DNA from: Candidatus Parcubacteria bacterium
GTDB taxonomy: Bacteria; Patescibacteriota; Minisyncoccia; UBA6257; HR35
DNA length: 64,000 nucleotides
Direction of reading: 5' to 3'
Assembly (NCBI GenBank): GCA_026004535.1
Contig: BPJI01000001.1
Span: 324,523-388,522, forward strand
Shown: positions 29,465-38,906 of the stretch, in pieces
Numbering within the stretch: position 1 is the stretch's first letter
Layout of the letters: each line of letters opens with the position of its first letter
Translations under genes and position numbers: made by a program
The notes under the pieces: model-generated
Databases searched by the model: none
Told to the model about the DNA's origin: nothing
Seen by the model: only the letters and a program-made list of their open reading frames with translations

Positions 29465-31183
29465 ATGAAAAATCCTGAAATTGCAAAATTATTAAGGATG
29501 ATGGGAATTTATTTGCAGATGAAGGGAGTTCAGTTTAAGCCGCAGGCTTATGAGAAAGCTGCTTATTCGATTGAGGCTTTGGATGAGGATATTGAAGAAT
29601 TTATTAAAAAAAATGGCAAAGAAGGATTGAAAAATTTACCCGGAGTAGGGGAGTCAATTGCAGAAAAAATAATTGAATATTTAAAAACAGGAAAAATTAA
29701 AGAACTGGAAGAATTAAAAAAAGAAGTACCAGTTGATGTTGAGACCTTAACTTCAATTGAAGGAGTTGGGCCAAAGATTGTTTATAAACTTTATAAAGCT
29801 TTGGGAATAAAAACAATTGAAGATTTAGAAAAAGCTTGTCGGGAGCATAAAATAAGAAGATTGCCTGGATTTGGAGAAAAAAGTGAAGAAAAAATTTTAA
29901 AAGGAATTGAATTTTTCAAACAAGGTGGAGGAAGAGTAATTTTGGGTTTTATTATTCCCGTGGTTGAAGAATTAGTAAGTTATTTAAAAGAAAGTGGGTT
30001 GGCCAAAGAAGTTGTGCCTGCTGGTTCTTATCGTCGAAAAAAAGAAACAATTGGTGATATTGATATTTTGGCTGTTTCTGATAAACCTGAAAAATTAATG
30101 GATTATTTTGTCAAGTTTCCTGAAGTAAGTAATATTTATGCTCAAGGACCAACTAAAACTATGGTTAGACTAAAAATTGGGCTTGATGCTGATTTAAGAG
30201 TTGTACCCGAAGAAAGTTTTGGTGCTGCGCTGGCTTATTTTACTGGCTCAAAGGATCATAATATTAAAATGAGGGAATTGGCAATTAAGAAAGGATGGAA
30301 ATTGAATGAATATGGACTTTTTGATAAACAGGAAAAAATGATAGCTGGCAGAACTGAAGAAGAAATTTATGAAAAACTTGGTTTAGATTGGATACCACCT
30401 GAGATGAGAGAAAATCGAGGTGAGATTGAATTAGCAATGGAGGGGAAATTACCAAAATTGATTGAATATGGTTCAATTAAGGGTGATTTGCAAGTTCAGA
30501 CAAATTGGACTGATGGCCAAAATTCAATTGAGGAAATGGTTGAGGAAGCAATTAAATTAGGTTTGGAATATATTTGCATTACTGATCATACTAAATCTTT
30601 GGCAATGACTGGTGGTTTGGATGAGGAAAAATTATTAAAGCAGATGGCTGAGATTGATAAATTAAATCAAAAATATAAAGGCAAGATAAAAATTCTAAAA
30701 GGAGCGGAAGTTAATATTTTAAAAGATGGTAGTTTGGATATCAAAGATGAAGTTTTGGCAAAATTAGATTTTGTTGGCGCTGCTATTCATAGTCATTTTA
30801 ATTTACCTCGAAATGTTCAAACTGAAAGAATTAAAAAAGCAATGGCTAACCCTAATGTTGATTGTATTTTTCATCCAACTGGCAGAGTGATTAACAAAAG
30901 ACCTGCTTATGAAGTTGATATTGATGAAATTATTGATTATGCTAAAAAGACTAAGACTATTTTAGAAATTGATGCTTATCCTGATAGACTTGATTTGAAA
31001 GATGAACATATAAGAAAGTGTGTTGAAAAAGGAGTAAAGATGGTAATTGATAGTGATGCTCATTCAGTTTTACATTTAGGTTTTTTAGATTTAGGAGTGA
31101 GCCAAGCACGTCGTGGATGGGCAACGCCGTCCGATATTATTAATACTTTAGCATATGATAAATTCAATTCATTAATTCATTAG
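29465..31183 (+). CDS. polX: DNA polymerase X / PHP domain protein
   Basis: HhH motifs, GSYRRKKETIGDIDIL, YFTGSK.HN, PHP TDH and DSDAH. Confidence 0.95.
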   Translation: MKNPEIAKLLRMMGIYLQMKGVQFKPQAYEKAAYSIEALDEDIEEFIKKNGKEGLKNLPGVGESIAEKIIEYLKTGKIKELEELKKEVPVDVETLTSIEGVGPKIVYKLYKALGIKTIEDLEKACREHKIRRLPGFGEKSEEKILKGIEFFKQGGGRVILGFIIPVVEELVSYLKESGLAKEVVPAGSYRRKKETIGDIDILAVSDKPEKLMDYFVKFPEVSNIYAQGPTKTMVRLKIGLDADLRVVPEESFGAALAYFTGSKDHNIKMRELAIKKGWKLNEYGLFDKQEKMIAGRTEEEIYEKLGLDWIPPEMRENRGEIELAMEGKLPKLIEYGSIKGDLQVQTNWTDGQNSIEEMVEEAIKLGLEYICITDHTKSLAMTGGLDEEKLLKQMAEIDKLNQKYKGKIKILKGAEVNILKDGSLDIKDEVLAKLDFVGAAIHSHFNLPRNVQTERIKKAMANPNVDCIFHPTGRVINKRPAYEVDIDEIIDYAKKTKTILEIDAYPDRLDLKDEHIRKCVEKGVKMVIDSDAHSVLHLGFLDLGVSQARRGWATPSDIINTLAYDKFNSLIH

Positions 31184-31246
31184 TTCACTAGTTCCGAGCT
31201 CACGGGTTCGATTATAAAAATTAAAAAATTTGAAGATTTAAATATT
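31171..31246 (+). repeat. 76-bp direct repeat, copy 1 (copy 2 at 31816-31891)
   Basis: ATTAATTCATTAGTTCACTAGTTCCGAGCTCACGGGTTCGATTATAAAAATT...AAATATT is present twice. Confidence 0.92.
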
Positions 31247-31323
31247 GACGAATTTTAGAAATATGGTATAATATATAAAACTGAAAAGCTTTGAAGCTTG
31301 GAAGCTGAAAAGCCATTTTGAAA

Positions 31324-31524
31324 ATGCCTTTAATTGCTAAAAATAAAAATTTAGAAAGGATCGGTACTTTAGAAGTGATGGGTAAAAAATTTGTTGTTAT
31401 GAGCAAAGAACATTTTGATGAATTGTTGATTCTATTTAAAAGTGTGATAGATGGTGAAAAATTACTGAAGAGGAAAAAAACGAGAAGTTTCGATGAGTTC
31501 CTAAAGAGTATGTCTAAAAAATGA
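31324..31524 (+). CDS. putative antitoxin
   Basis: Small ORF overlapping the toxin start; G...KTRSFDEFL tail. Confidence 0.6.
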   Translation: MPLIAKNKNLERIGTLEVMGKKFVVMSKEHFDELLILFKSVIDGEKLLKRKKTRSFDEFLKSMSKK

Positions 31525-31805
31525 GAATCTTGCGTTCTCATACCACGCCTCAATTTGAAAAAGATTTTTTGTCTTTGCCAAAAGATATTCGTTTAAAAGC
31601 AGAAAGAAAGATAAAACTTTTTGAAGCTAATTGCTTCCATCCATCTTTAAGGGCTCATAAACTTAAAGGTATTCTTCGAGATTTCTGGTCATTTTCTATT
31701 AATAGAACTTACCGAGTAATTTTTAAATTTTTAGAAAATAATGAAGTAATTTATTATCGTATAGGTAGACACGATATTTATCAGCAATTAGAAAAATTAG
31801 TTTAA
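31521..31805 (+). CDS. RelE/YafQ-like mRNA interferase toxin
   Basis: FEKDF..L, HPSLRAHKLKG..WSFSIN..YRVIF...IGRHDIY. Confidence 0.88.
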   Translation: MRILRSHTTPQFEKDFLSLPKDIRLKAERKIKLFEANCFHPSLRAHKLKGILRDFWSFSINRTYRVIFKFLENNEVIYYRIGRHDIYQQLEKLV

Positions 31806-31858
31806 TAATTAGTTAATTAATTCATTAGTTCACTAGTTCCGAGCTCACGGGTTCGATT

Positions 31859-32246
31859 ATAAAAATTAAAAAATTTGAAGATTTAAATATTTGGAAATTA
31901 AGTCTTAAAATTACAAAAGAAATTTATGATTTAACCTCTAAAAAAGAATTTTCTAAAGATTTTGCCTTAAAAGATTAACTAAGAAGAGCAATCATTTCTG
32001 TAAGTTCAAATATTGTTGAAGGCTTTGAGAAAAACAATAATAATGAATTTATCAGATTTTTAAAGATTGCTAAAGGTTCTGTTGCTGAAGTTAGAAATCA
32101 ACTTTATATTGCTTTAGCAGTAAATTATATTTCTCAACAAGAATTTGATAGAATAAATAAAAAATTTAGAAGATTTAGCAAGCCAAATTGAAGGCTTTAT
32201 AACTTATTTAGAGAAAGATAGAGAGAATAGAAAAAGAACTCGTAAT
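31859..32246 (+). pseudogene. four-helix-bundle protein pseudogene
   Basis: KKFEDLNIWK...KDFALKD*LRRA.ISVSSNIVEGFE...FL.IAKGS.AEVR.QL; ATA at the expected start, internal TAA and a frameshift. Confidence 0.85.
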
Positions 32247-32297
32247 TCGTAATTCGGAATTGATAAATTTTGAATTTATGATATAATATAAATAGGA

Positions 32298-34913
32298 ATG
32301 TTTCCAATTAATCGTTTTACATTTAAGGCTCAGGAGGCATTGCAAGAGGCTCATAATAAGTGTTTTGATTTACATCATTCTGAAGTAAAAGGAATCCACA
32401 TTTTGTGGGGTATTTTAAATGTGAGCGAGACAATCGTTGGCGATATTTTAAAAGAACTTAAGGTTAATAATCAGCTCTTACTTCATACAATTGAAGAAGA
32501 ACTTAATCGACTGCCGAAAATTTTTACTGGTGGTAATATTGCTCAAGTTTATCTTTCTCAAGAAGCGTATCAAATTTTAGATCAGGCTGGCTATTATGCC
32601 CGAAAGATGGGAGATGAATTTATCTCTTTAGAACATATTTTACTTTCTTTAACAGAAATAAGATCAACTGCTAAATATATTTTAGAAAGATATGGTATAA
32701 CTTTTGATCGAGTTCAAAAAGTTTTAGCTATTTTAAGAAAAGGAGAAAAAGTCACTGATGAATTGCCAGAAACAAAATATAAATCTTTAGAAAGATATAG
32801 TCTTAATTTAACTCAGTTAGCTCGAGAAAAGAAATTGGATCCAATTATTGGTCGTGATCGAGAAATAAGAAGGATTATTGAAATTTTATCAAGAAGAACA
32901 AAAAATAATCCTGTTTTAATTGGTGAAGCCGGAGTTGGTAAAACAGCCATTGTTGAAGGTTTGGCACAAAGAATTGTTAGTGGTGATGTGCCTGAATCAA
33001 TTAAGAAAAAAGAAATTTTAGCCCTAGATATCGGTGCTTTAATTGCTGGGACAAAATATCGTGGTGAGTTTGAAGATAGATTAAAAGCAATTATTAAAGA
33101 GATAAAAATTAACGTTGGAAGATATATTTTGTTTATTGATGAGATGCATACTTTAGTTGGTGCTGGAGCAGCCGAAGGAGCAATTGACGCTTCAAATTTA
33201 TTGAAACCTGCTTTAACTAAGGGTGATTTTCAAGTAATTGGTGCAACAACATTTAGAGATTATAAACTTTATATTGAAAAAGATCCTGCTTTTGCTCGGC
33301 GTTTTCAACCAGTTATCGTTGAAGAACCATCAATTGATGATACTATTGCTATTTTAAGAGGTCTGAAGGAAAAATATGAACTTCATCATGGAGTTAAAAT
33401 TCTAGACTCGGCTATTGTGGCCGCAGTTAAACTTTCAGCTCGTTATATTACTAATAGATTTTTGCCTGATAAAGCAATCGATGTTATTGATGAAGCAGCA
33501 GCTTCAGTCAGACTTCAATTAGAAACAATGCCAGCAGAAATTGAAGATTTAGAAAAAGAAATTAGGAAATTAGAGATTGAACGAGAAGTTTTAATCAAAG
33601 AGGAAGGAACAAGAAATGAATTAAAACAAATTGAGGCAAAATTGGAAAAATTAAGAAAGGAAAAAGAAAAATTGATGGAAAAATGGTCGGTTGAGAAAAA
33701 AGCAAGTGAAAGATATTTAGAATTAAAGAAAAAATTAGAAAATTTGAAAATTGAAGCTGAAGATGCTGAAAGAAATAGTGATTTTACTAGAGTAGCAGAA
33801 ATAATTTATGGTGAAATTCCTCAAATTGAAAAAGAGCTCCAAGATATTGAGGTTAAATTAAAGAAAGTAAAAAATAGTTTTATCAAGGATTCAGTTACTG
33901 AAGAAGATGTGGCCGAAGTTGTTTCTCGCTGGACAAAGATTCCCGTTAAAAAGATGATGGAAAATGAAATGGAGAAATTATTGAAAGCTGAAGAAATTTT
34001 AGGTCAAAGAGTAGTTGGTCAAGAAGAAGCAATAAAAGCAGTTGCTAACGCTTTAAGAAGAGCCAGAGCAGGTTTAGCTGAAGAGAATAAACCAATTGCT
34101 AGTTTTCTCTTTTTAGGGCCAACGGGTGTTGGTAAAACCGAAATGGCTAGAACCTTGGCTGAATTTATGTTTAATGATGAAAAAGCAATGATTCGAATTG
34201 ATATGTCAGAATATATGGAGCCTCATTCGGTTGCTAAATTGATTGGTTCGCCTCCTGGTTATGTTGGTTATGAAGAAGGTGGGCAATTAACTGAAGCTGT
34301 TAAATATAGACCCTATAGTTTGATTTTGTTTGACGAGATAGAAAAAGCCCATCCTGAAGTTTTCAATATTTTACTTCAAATTTTAGATGAAGGTAGATTG
34401 ACTGACGGCAAGGGAACAACTGTTAATTTTAAAAATACAATCATTATTATGACTTCTAATATTGGTAGCTATTTGTTTAGAAAAATGGGTTCAATTGGTT
34501 TTTCCGATGAAACTAAAGAACCAATGGAGGATTATAAAGATAAAATTCAAAAAGCCTTAAGAGATTTCTTTAAGCCAGAATTTTTAAATCGTATTGATGA
34601 AATTATTATCTTCAGACCATTAAACAAAGAAGACTTAAGAAAAATTGTTGAGATTCAACTTAATAAAGTTAAGCAAAGATTGGCTGAGAGAGGAATTGAA
34701 GTTGGGTTTAGCGATGAAGTAAAGGAGGTTTTGGTAGAAAGAGGTTTTGACGAAGTTTACGGGGCCAGACCACTTCAGCGCGCAATTCAGAAATATATTC
34801 TTAATCCATTGTCAGAAAGTATTATCGCCAAGAAAATTCAGGAAGGTCAAAAAATTATTTTAGGCATAAGACACGGAGAATTAGTGATTAATAATAGTAA
34901 GAAGAACAAATAA
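32298..34913 (+). CDS. clpB: ClpB chaperone
   Basis: Two AAA+ modules (GEAGVGKT, GPTGVGKT) and a long middle coiled coil. Confidence 0.93.
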   Translation: MFPINRFTFKAQEALQEAHNKCFDLHHSEVKGIHILWGILNVSETIVGDILKELKVNNQLLLHTIEEELNRLPKIFTGGNIAQVYLSQEAYQILDQAGYYARKMGDEFISLEHILLSLTEIRSTAKYILERYGITFDRVQKVLAILRKGEKVTDELPETKYKSLERYSLNLTQLAREKKLDPIIGRDREIRRIIEILSRRTKNNPVLIGEAGVGKTAIVEGLAQRIVSGDVPESIKKKEILALDIGALIAGTKYRGEFEDRLKAIIKEIKINVGRYILFIDEMHTLVGAGAAEGAIDASNLLKPALTKGDFQVIGATTFRDYKLYIEKDPAFARRFQPVIVEEPSIDDTIAILRGLKEKYELHHGVKILDSAIVAAVKLSARYITNRFLPDKAIDVIDEAAASVRLQLETMPAEIEDLEKEIRKLEIEREVLIKEEGTRNELKQIEAKLEKLRKEKEKLMEKWSVEKKASERYLELKKKLENLKIEAEDAERNSDFTRVAEIIYGEIPQIEKELQDIEVKLKKVKNSFIKDSVTEEDVAEVVSRWTKIPVKKMMENEMEKLLKAEEILGQRVVGQEEAIKAVANALRRARAGLAEENKPIASFLFLGPTGVGKTEMARTLAEFMFNDEKAMIRIDMSEYMEPHSVAKLIGSPPGYVGYEEGGQLTEAVKYRPYSLILFDEIEKAHPEVFNILLQILDEGRLTDGKGTTVNFKNTIIIMTSNIGSYLFRKMGSIGFSDETKEPMEDYKDKIQKALRDFFKPEFLNRIDEIIIFRPLNKEDLRKIVEIQLNKVKQRLAERGIEVGFSDEVKEVLVERGFDEVYGARPLQRAIQKYILNPLSESIIAKKIQEGQKIILGIRHGELVINNSKKNK

Positions 34914-34915
34914 AA

Positions 34916-35098
34916 ATGTTAGTAAAGATCCAAAATTACTTAAAAGAATCATTTTTGGAATTGAAAAAAGTAAAGTGGCTAACAAGAGAAGAGACATTTA
35001 ATTTAACTTTAGAAGTAATTATTTTTTCATTAATTTTTGTCGTGATTTATGGTGTTTTTGATTCAGTTTTAGTTAGAATTTTGTTTTTGTTAAAATAA
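34916..35098 (+). CDS. secE: preprotein translocase SecE
   Basis: ELKKVKW.TR plus TM helix; upstream of nusG. Confidence 0.9.
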   Translation: MLVKIQNYLKESFLELKKVKWLTREETFNLTLEVIIFSLIFVVIYGVFDSVLVRILFLLK

Positions 35099-35099
35099 A

Positions 35100-35645
35100 A
35101 TGGTTAAACAGGTTTTAAATTTAGGTAGGGCTTGGTATGCAGTTCATACAATTGTTGGTTTTGAGGATATTGTTGCTGAAGCAATTATGAAAAGAGCTGA
35201 AGCGTTTGATTTGCAGGATAAAATTTTTAATGCTATTGTGCCTAAAGAAAAAGTTTGGGTGATTAAAGGAGGGAAAAGAGAATTGGTTGAACAAAAAATT
35301 TATCCTGGTTATGTTTTAGTTGATATGATTGTAACTGATGATTCTTGGTATGTTGTTAGAAATACTCCTAAAGTTACTGGTTTTGTTGGAGTTGGGACAA
35401 CGCCGATTCCCGTTGATGAAAAGGAACTAAAGGAAATTTTTGAAAGAATGAAAAAAGAAGAACCAGAAGTTGAGAGTGAATTTAAAATTGGTGATTTAGT
35501 TGAAGTTTTACAGGGCTTATTTAAAGGTTTAAAAGGTAAGGTTGTTGAAATTGATGGAGAAAGACAAAGGTTAAAAGTTTTAGTGCCAGTGATGAATCGA
35601 GAAACACCAGTTGAAGTCGATTTTTTACAAGTGAGAAGATTATAG
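35100..35645 (+). CDS. nusG: transcription factor NusG
   Basis: WYAVHT, YPGYVLV, VRNTPKVTGFVG, KOW domain. Confidence 0.97.
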   Translation: MVKQVLNLGRAWYAVHTIVGFEDIVAEAIMKRAEAFDLQDKIFNAIVPKEKVWVIKGGKRELVEQKIYPGYVLVDMIVTDDSWYVVRNTPKVTGFVGVGTTPIPVDEKELKEIFERMKKEEPEVESEFKIGDLVEVLQGLFKGLKGKVVEIDGERQRLKVLVPVMNRETPVEVDFLQVRRL

Positions 35646-35652
35646 TAATAAA

Positions 35653-36075
35653 ATGAAACAAATTAAAAAAATTTTGAAATTAATTATTGAGGGAGGGAAA
35701 GCAACTCCAGCTCCACCATTGGGGCCAAGTCTGGCTCAGTATGGAATTAATATTGGTGAATTTTGTAATCAATTTAATCAAGCGACCAAAGATATACAAG
35801 GAGTTCAGATCCCAGTTGAAGTAACTATTTATGAAGACAGAACATTTTCTTTTGTCTTGAAAAAGCCTCCGATTAGTTATTTAATTAAAAAAGAATTAGG
35901 GATCGAAAAAGGAGCCAAAGAAACGGGTAGAGAAATTATTGGTACTTTAACAAAGGAACAAGTGAGAAAAATTGCTGAAGAAAAATTACCCGATTTAAAT
36001 ACTCGAGACGTTGAAAAAGCAATGAAAATTGTCGAGGGAGTTGCTAAATCAATGGGAGTGAAGATAGCTTCATAG
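35653..36075 (+). CDS. rplK: 50S ribosomal protein L11
   Basis: GKATPAPPLGP, FCNQFN, IPVEVTIYEDRTF. Confidence 0.97.
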   Translation: MKQIKKILKLIIEGGKATPAPPLGPSLAQYGINIGEFCNQFNQATKDIQGVQIPVEVTIYEDRTFSFVLKKPPISYLIKKELGIEKGAKETGREIIGTLTKEQVRKIAEEKLPDLNTRDVEKAMKIVEGVAKSMGVKIAS

Positions 36076-36245
36076 CTTGTCAGCTTCTTAGTTCTCAGCT
36101 TCTTAGCTTTTCAGCCTCGCAGCTTCTTAACATATTGACGTGCGATGTCAAAATATTAATATCTGGATGTGCGACGTCCCGATATTAACAAGATAATATT
36201 TAGGACGTCGCACATCCGTATATTAAAACATCGCACGTCCCGATA
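36066..36245. repeat. AGCTT heptad array followed by four GACGTGCGACGTC-type palindromes
   Basis: agcttcat/agcttgtc/agcttctt units; gacgtgcgatgtc, gatgtgcgacgtc, gacgtcgcacatc, catcgcacgtc. Confidence 0.75.
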
Positions 36246-36252
36246 TTAATTA

Positions 36253-36984
36253 ATGAGATTATTTATTGTTCCAACGCCGATAGGTAATCTAAAAGATATC
36301 ACTTTGAGAGGAATTGAGGTTTTAAAACAAGTTGATTATATTTTTTGTGAAGATACAAGAAGAACAAAAATTTTGCTTGATCATTATGAAATTAAAGACA
36401 AAAAATTAATTTCTTATTTTGCTCCTTTTGAAGCAAAGAAAATTCCACAACTTTTAGAAATTTTAAAAAGAAATGAGGCTGCTTTAGTTGTTGATTCTGG
36501 AATGCCAGTTATTTCTGATCCTGGTTATAAATTGATTAAAGCTTGTTTGGAAAATAGTATTGAAATTGAAGTTTTACCAGGGCCAACTGCTTTTTTGACT
36601 GCTTTGATTGGTTCAGGTTTGCCTTTAGATAAATTTTTATTTTTAGGCTTTTTACCTAAAAAAGGATTGGAAAATTATTTTCGAAAAATAAAAGACTTAG
36701 AAGTAACAATTGCTTTTTATGAATCACCAAAAAGAATATCGAAAACTTTAGAAGTTATTAGAAAGGTTTTTGGTAATTGTCAAGTTGTTATTGCTCGAGA
36801 GGTTTCTAAAATTTATGAAGAATATTTAAGAGGAGATATTGAAGAAATAATTGAAAAATTAAAAGATAAAAAATTAAAAGGAGAGATAACCGTTATAATA
36901 CGCAGAACTACGCATAACGAACGCAGAACTAATAAAAATAGCTTCATAGCTTCCTATCAGCTTCAAAGCTTCTCAGCTTCATAG
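36253..36984 (+). CDS. rsmI: 16S rRNA C1402 2'-O-methyltransferase
   Basis: TPIGNLKDIT.R, CEDTR, G.PVISDPG, YESP.R, KGEI; tail is repeat-derived. Confidence 0.95.
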   Translation: MRLFIVPTPIGNLKDITLRGIEVLKQVDYIFCEDTRRTKILLDHYEIKDKKLISYFAPFEAKKIPQLLEILKRNEAALVVDSGMPVISDPGYKLIKACLENSIEIEVLPGPTAFLTALIGSGLPLDKFLFLGFLPKKGLENYFRKIKDLEVTIAFYESPKRISKTLEVIRKVFGNCQVVIAREVSKIYEEYLRGDIEEIIEKLKDKKLKGEITVIIRRTTHNERRTNKNSFIASYQLQSFSAS

Positions 36985-37047
36985 CCTCTTTTTATGTATC
37001 TGCTTAATTGTATTTCGCCTTTAAATTTTAGCACAATTTTCCACATC

Positions 37048-37075
37048 TTGACATCATATTTTTTCTATTTATAAT
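37048..37075 (+). promoter_or_regulatory. sigma70 promoter with 16-bp poly-T spacer; leaderless geometry
   Basis: TTGACA-16-TATAAT-6 nt-ATG. Confidence 0.75.
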
Positions 37076-37081
37076 TAAATT

Positions 37082-38290
37082 ATGAATAAAAAAATGAATA
37101 AATCCTTCACTTTAGTTGAACTCTTAGTTGTCTTAGCTCTAATAGCTATCTTAGCTACTGTCTTAATTGTTGTCATTAAGCCAGCAGATATCTTTAAAAG
37201 AGGTAGAGATAGTCAAAGAACTTCAGACCTTAAAAATCTTGAAAAAATATTTGACCTTATTCTTTTTGAAACTCAAGGCACCTTTTCTGAACTTCAATAT
37301 GCTTCCTCAAATGTTGTCTATATCTCTCTTCCTGATACTTCATCAACTTGTGGTCAATGGATAAGTCAATTACCACAGCTTCCTTCAGGCTGGTCATATT
37401 GATGCTCAGCAACTCCAACAAATATTGATGGTACTGGCTGGATTCCTATTCCTTTTAATCAATTTTCAAGCATTAATCTTTCTAGACTTTTCATTGATCC
37501 AATCAATAGACCTCCATATTACTATGCATTTGTTGCTGGAGGAAGTTATGCTCTCTATGCTCAATTAGAAAATCCTCAGTCTCAAGCCTCAAAAACAGAC
37601 AATGATAATTATCCTCATCTATTTTCAGTAGGAACAAATAAAAGACTCATTGATCAAGCTCAAGGACTTGTAGGGTATTGGTCTTTTGATGAAGGAAGTG
37701 GAAATATTGCTAATGATTATTCAGGAAACAATAATAATGGAACACTCTATAATGGTCCTCAATGGGTTGATGGTAAAGTAGGTAAAGCTTTAAGTTTTGA
37801 TGGAGTGGATGATTATGTGAATGCATGGACTGGCCCCGGCTCGCAAATTACCGATAGAGTTACTGTGAGCGCGTGGGCTCGTAATGTGGGAGCTCCTTCA
37901 GCGTTTAATACGATTATTGCTAATTATGCTTCGAATGCGGGATGGGCAATACGCACCGCAGAATCGGGGATTAGTTACCTGCATTTCTTAGGACGATCCG
38001 GCGCAGGCGAAGTGCGAGTTATCATTGCTTCCGAGGCGGAAACATTTAATGGTGCATGGCACCATGTCGCATTTACGGTGTCTGGAGGCGTTGCGAGAAC
38101 ATATCTTGACGGTGGTTTTGTTGCTTCCGCGTCTGGTGTTGTGAATTTGCAACCAGCGACGACTACTTTGATTGGGAAGGGTCATATAGGAGGACTTGGC
38201 TTCTGGAACGGTCTTATCGACGAAGTTCGTATCTACAATCGCGCTTTATCAGATCAAGAAATAAAGGTTCTTTATGAAGCAACTAAATAA
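37082..38290 (+). pseudogene. pilin-like N-terminus plus LamG domain; single in-frame TGA at 37400-37402
   Basis: KSFTLVELLVV; frame stays open after the TGA through GLVGYWSFDEG...WHHVA...G.IDEVRIYNRALS. Confidence 0.8.
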
Positions 38291-38360
38291 CCACGGATAT
38301 ACACGGATAATAAATAACCACGGATTTACACGGATAACATAAAGGATAGATACGGATACT
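38290..38360. repeat. CACGGAT periodic array
   Basis: ccacggatatacacggat, ccacggatttacacggat, tacggat. Confidence 0.75.
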
Positions 38361-38488
38361 AATTAATGTTCGTATAAGTTTGTGTATAGTTCGCATAAAG
38401 GGTACGTATAAAACACTATAGCGTCTGAAACGTCCTTTCTGATTTTAGTGACTTTAATGATATATGATTAATAAAAGAATATGTTTTG

Positions 38489-38560
38489 CGCCCCTAACCG
38501 GATTCGAACCGGTATTTCCAGCCTGAGAAGCTGGTGTCCTAACCATTAGACGATAGGGGC
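38489..38560 (-). tRNA. tRNA-Glu(CTC)
   Basis: Reverse complement GCCCCTATCGTCTAATGGTTAGGACA CCAGC TTCTCAG GCTGG...GGTTCGAATCC. Confidence 0.93.
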
Positions 38561-38566
38561 AATAAC

Positions 38567-38778
38567 TTCGCACACACGCCTACGAGCACCGGCACTCAAC
38601 TTGCTCCAGCGGCAAGTTGGTGCCTCGGTTCTCGGCTCGAAAACTTTGCCATCTGCTAAAGCAGACTGGCAAAGACCGAGCTTTTCGAGCCTCCGAAACG
38701 TGCTCTACGGCGTGGTGCTCGGCAAAATTTTTCGCCGAACTCGCTCGCCAACAAACATGGCATGGCGTGGTGCGAGGT
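38567..38778. other. GC-rich multi-hairpin element (ncRNA or MITE-like)
   Basis: Closing stem TCGCAC.CACGCC / GGCGTG.GTGCGA; internal stems CAACTTGC/GCAAGTTG, CTCGAAAA/TTTTCGAG, CTTTGCCA/TGGCAAAG. Confidence 0.55.
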
Positions 38779-38906
38779 AATATCGGGACATACGATGTCA
38801 CGATATTTTTTCTTAATATTTAGACACGCACGTCTTAAATTATACAATAAAACTCACAATTCGTTAACTCGTTAATTAATTAAATTCGTTAATTAATTAA
38901 ATTATA

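Noticed and set aside
37400-37402. Genetic code 25 or selenocysteine as the explanation for the in-frame TGA
   Set aside because: TGA terminates conserved genes here and long genes have no internal TGA; no SECIS-like hairpin or sel genes seen
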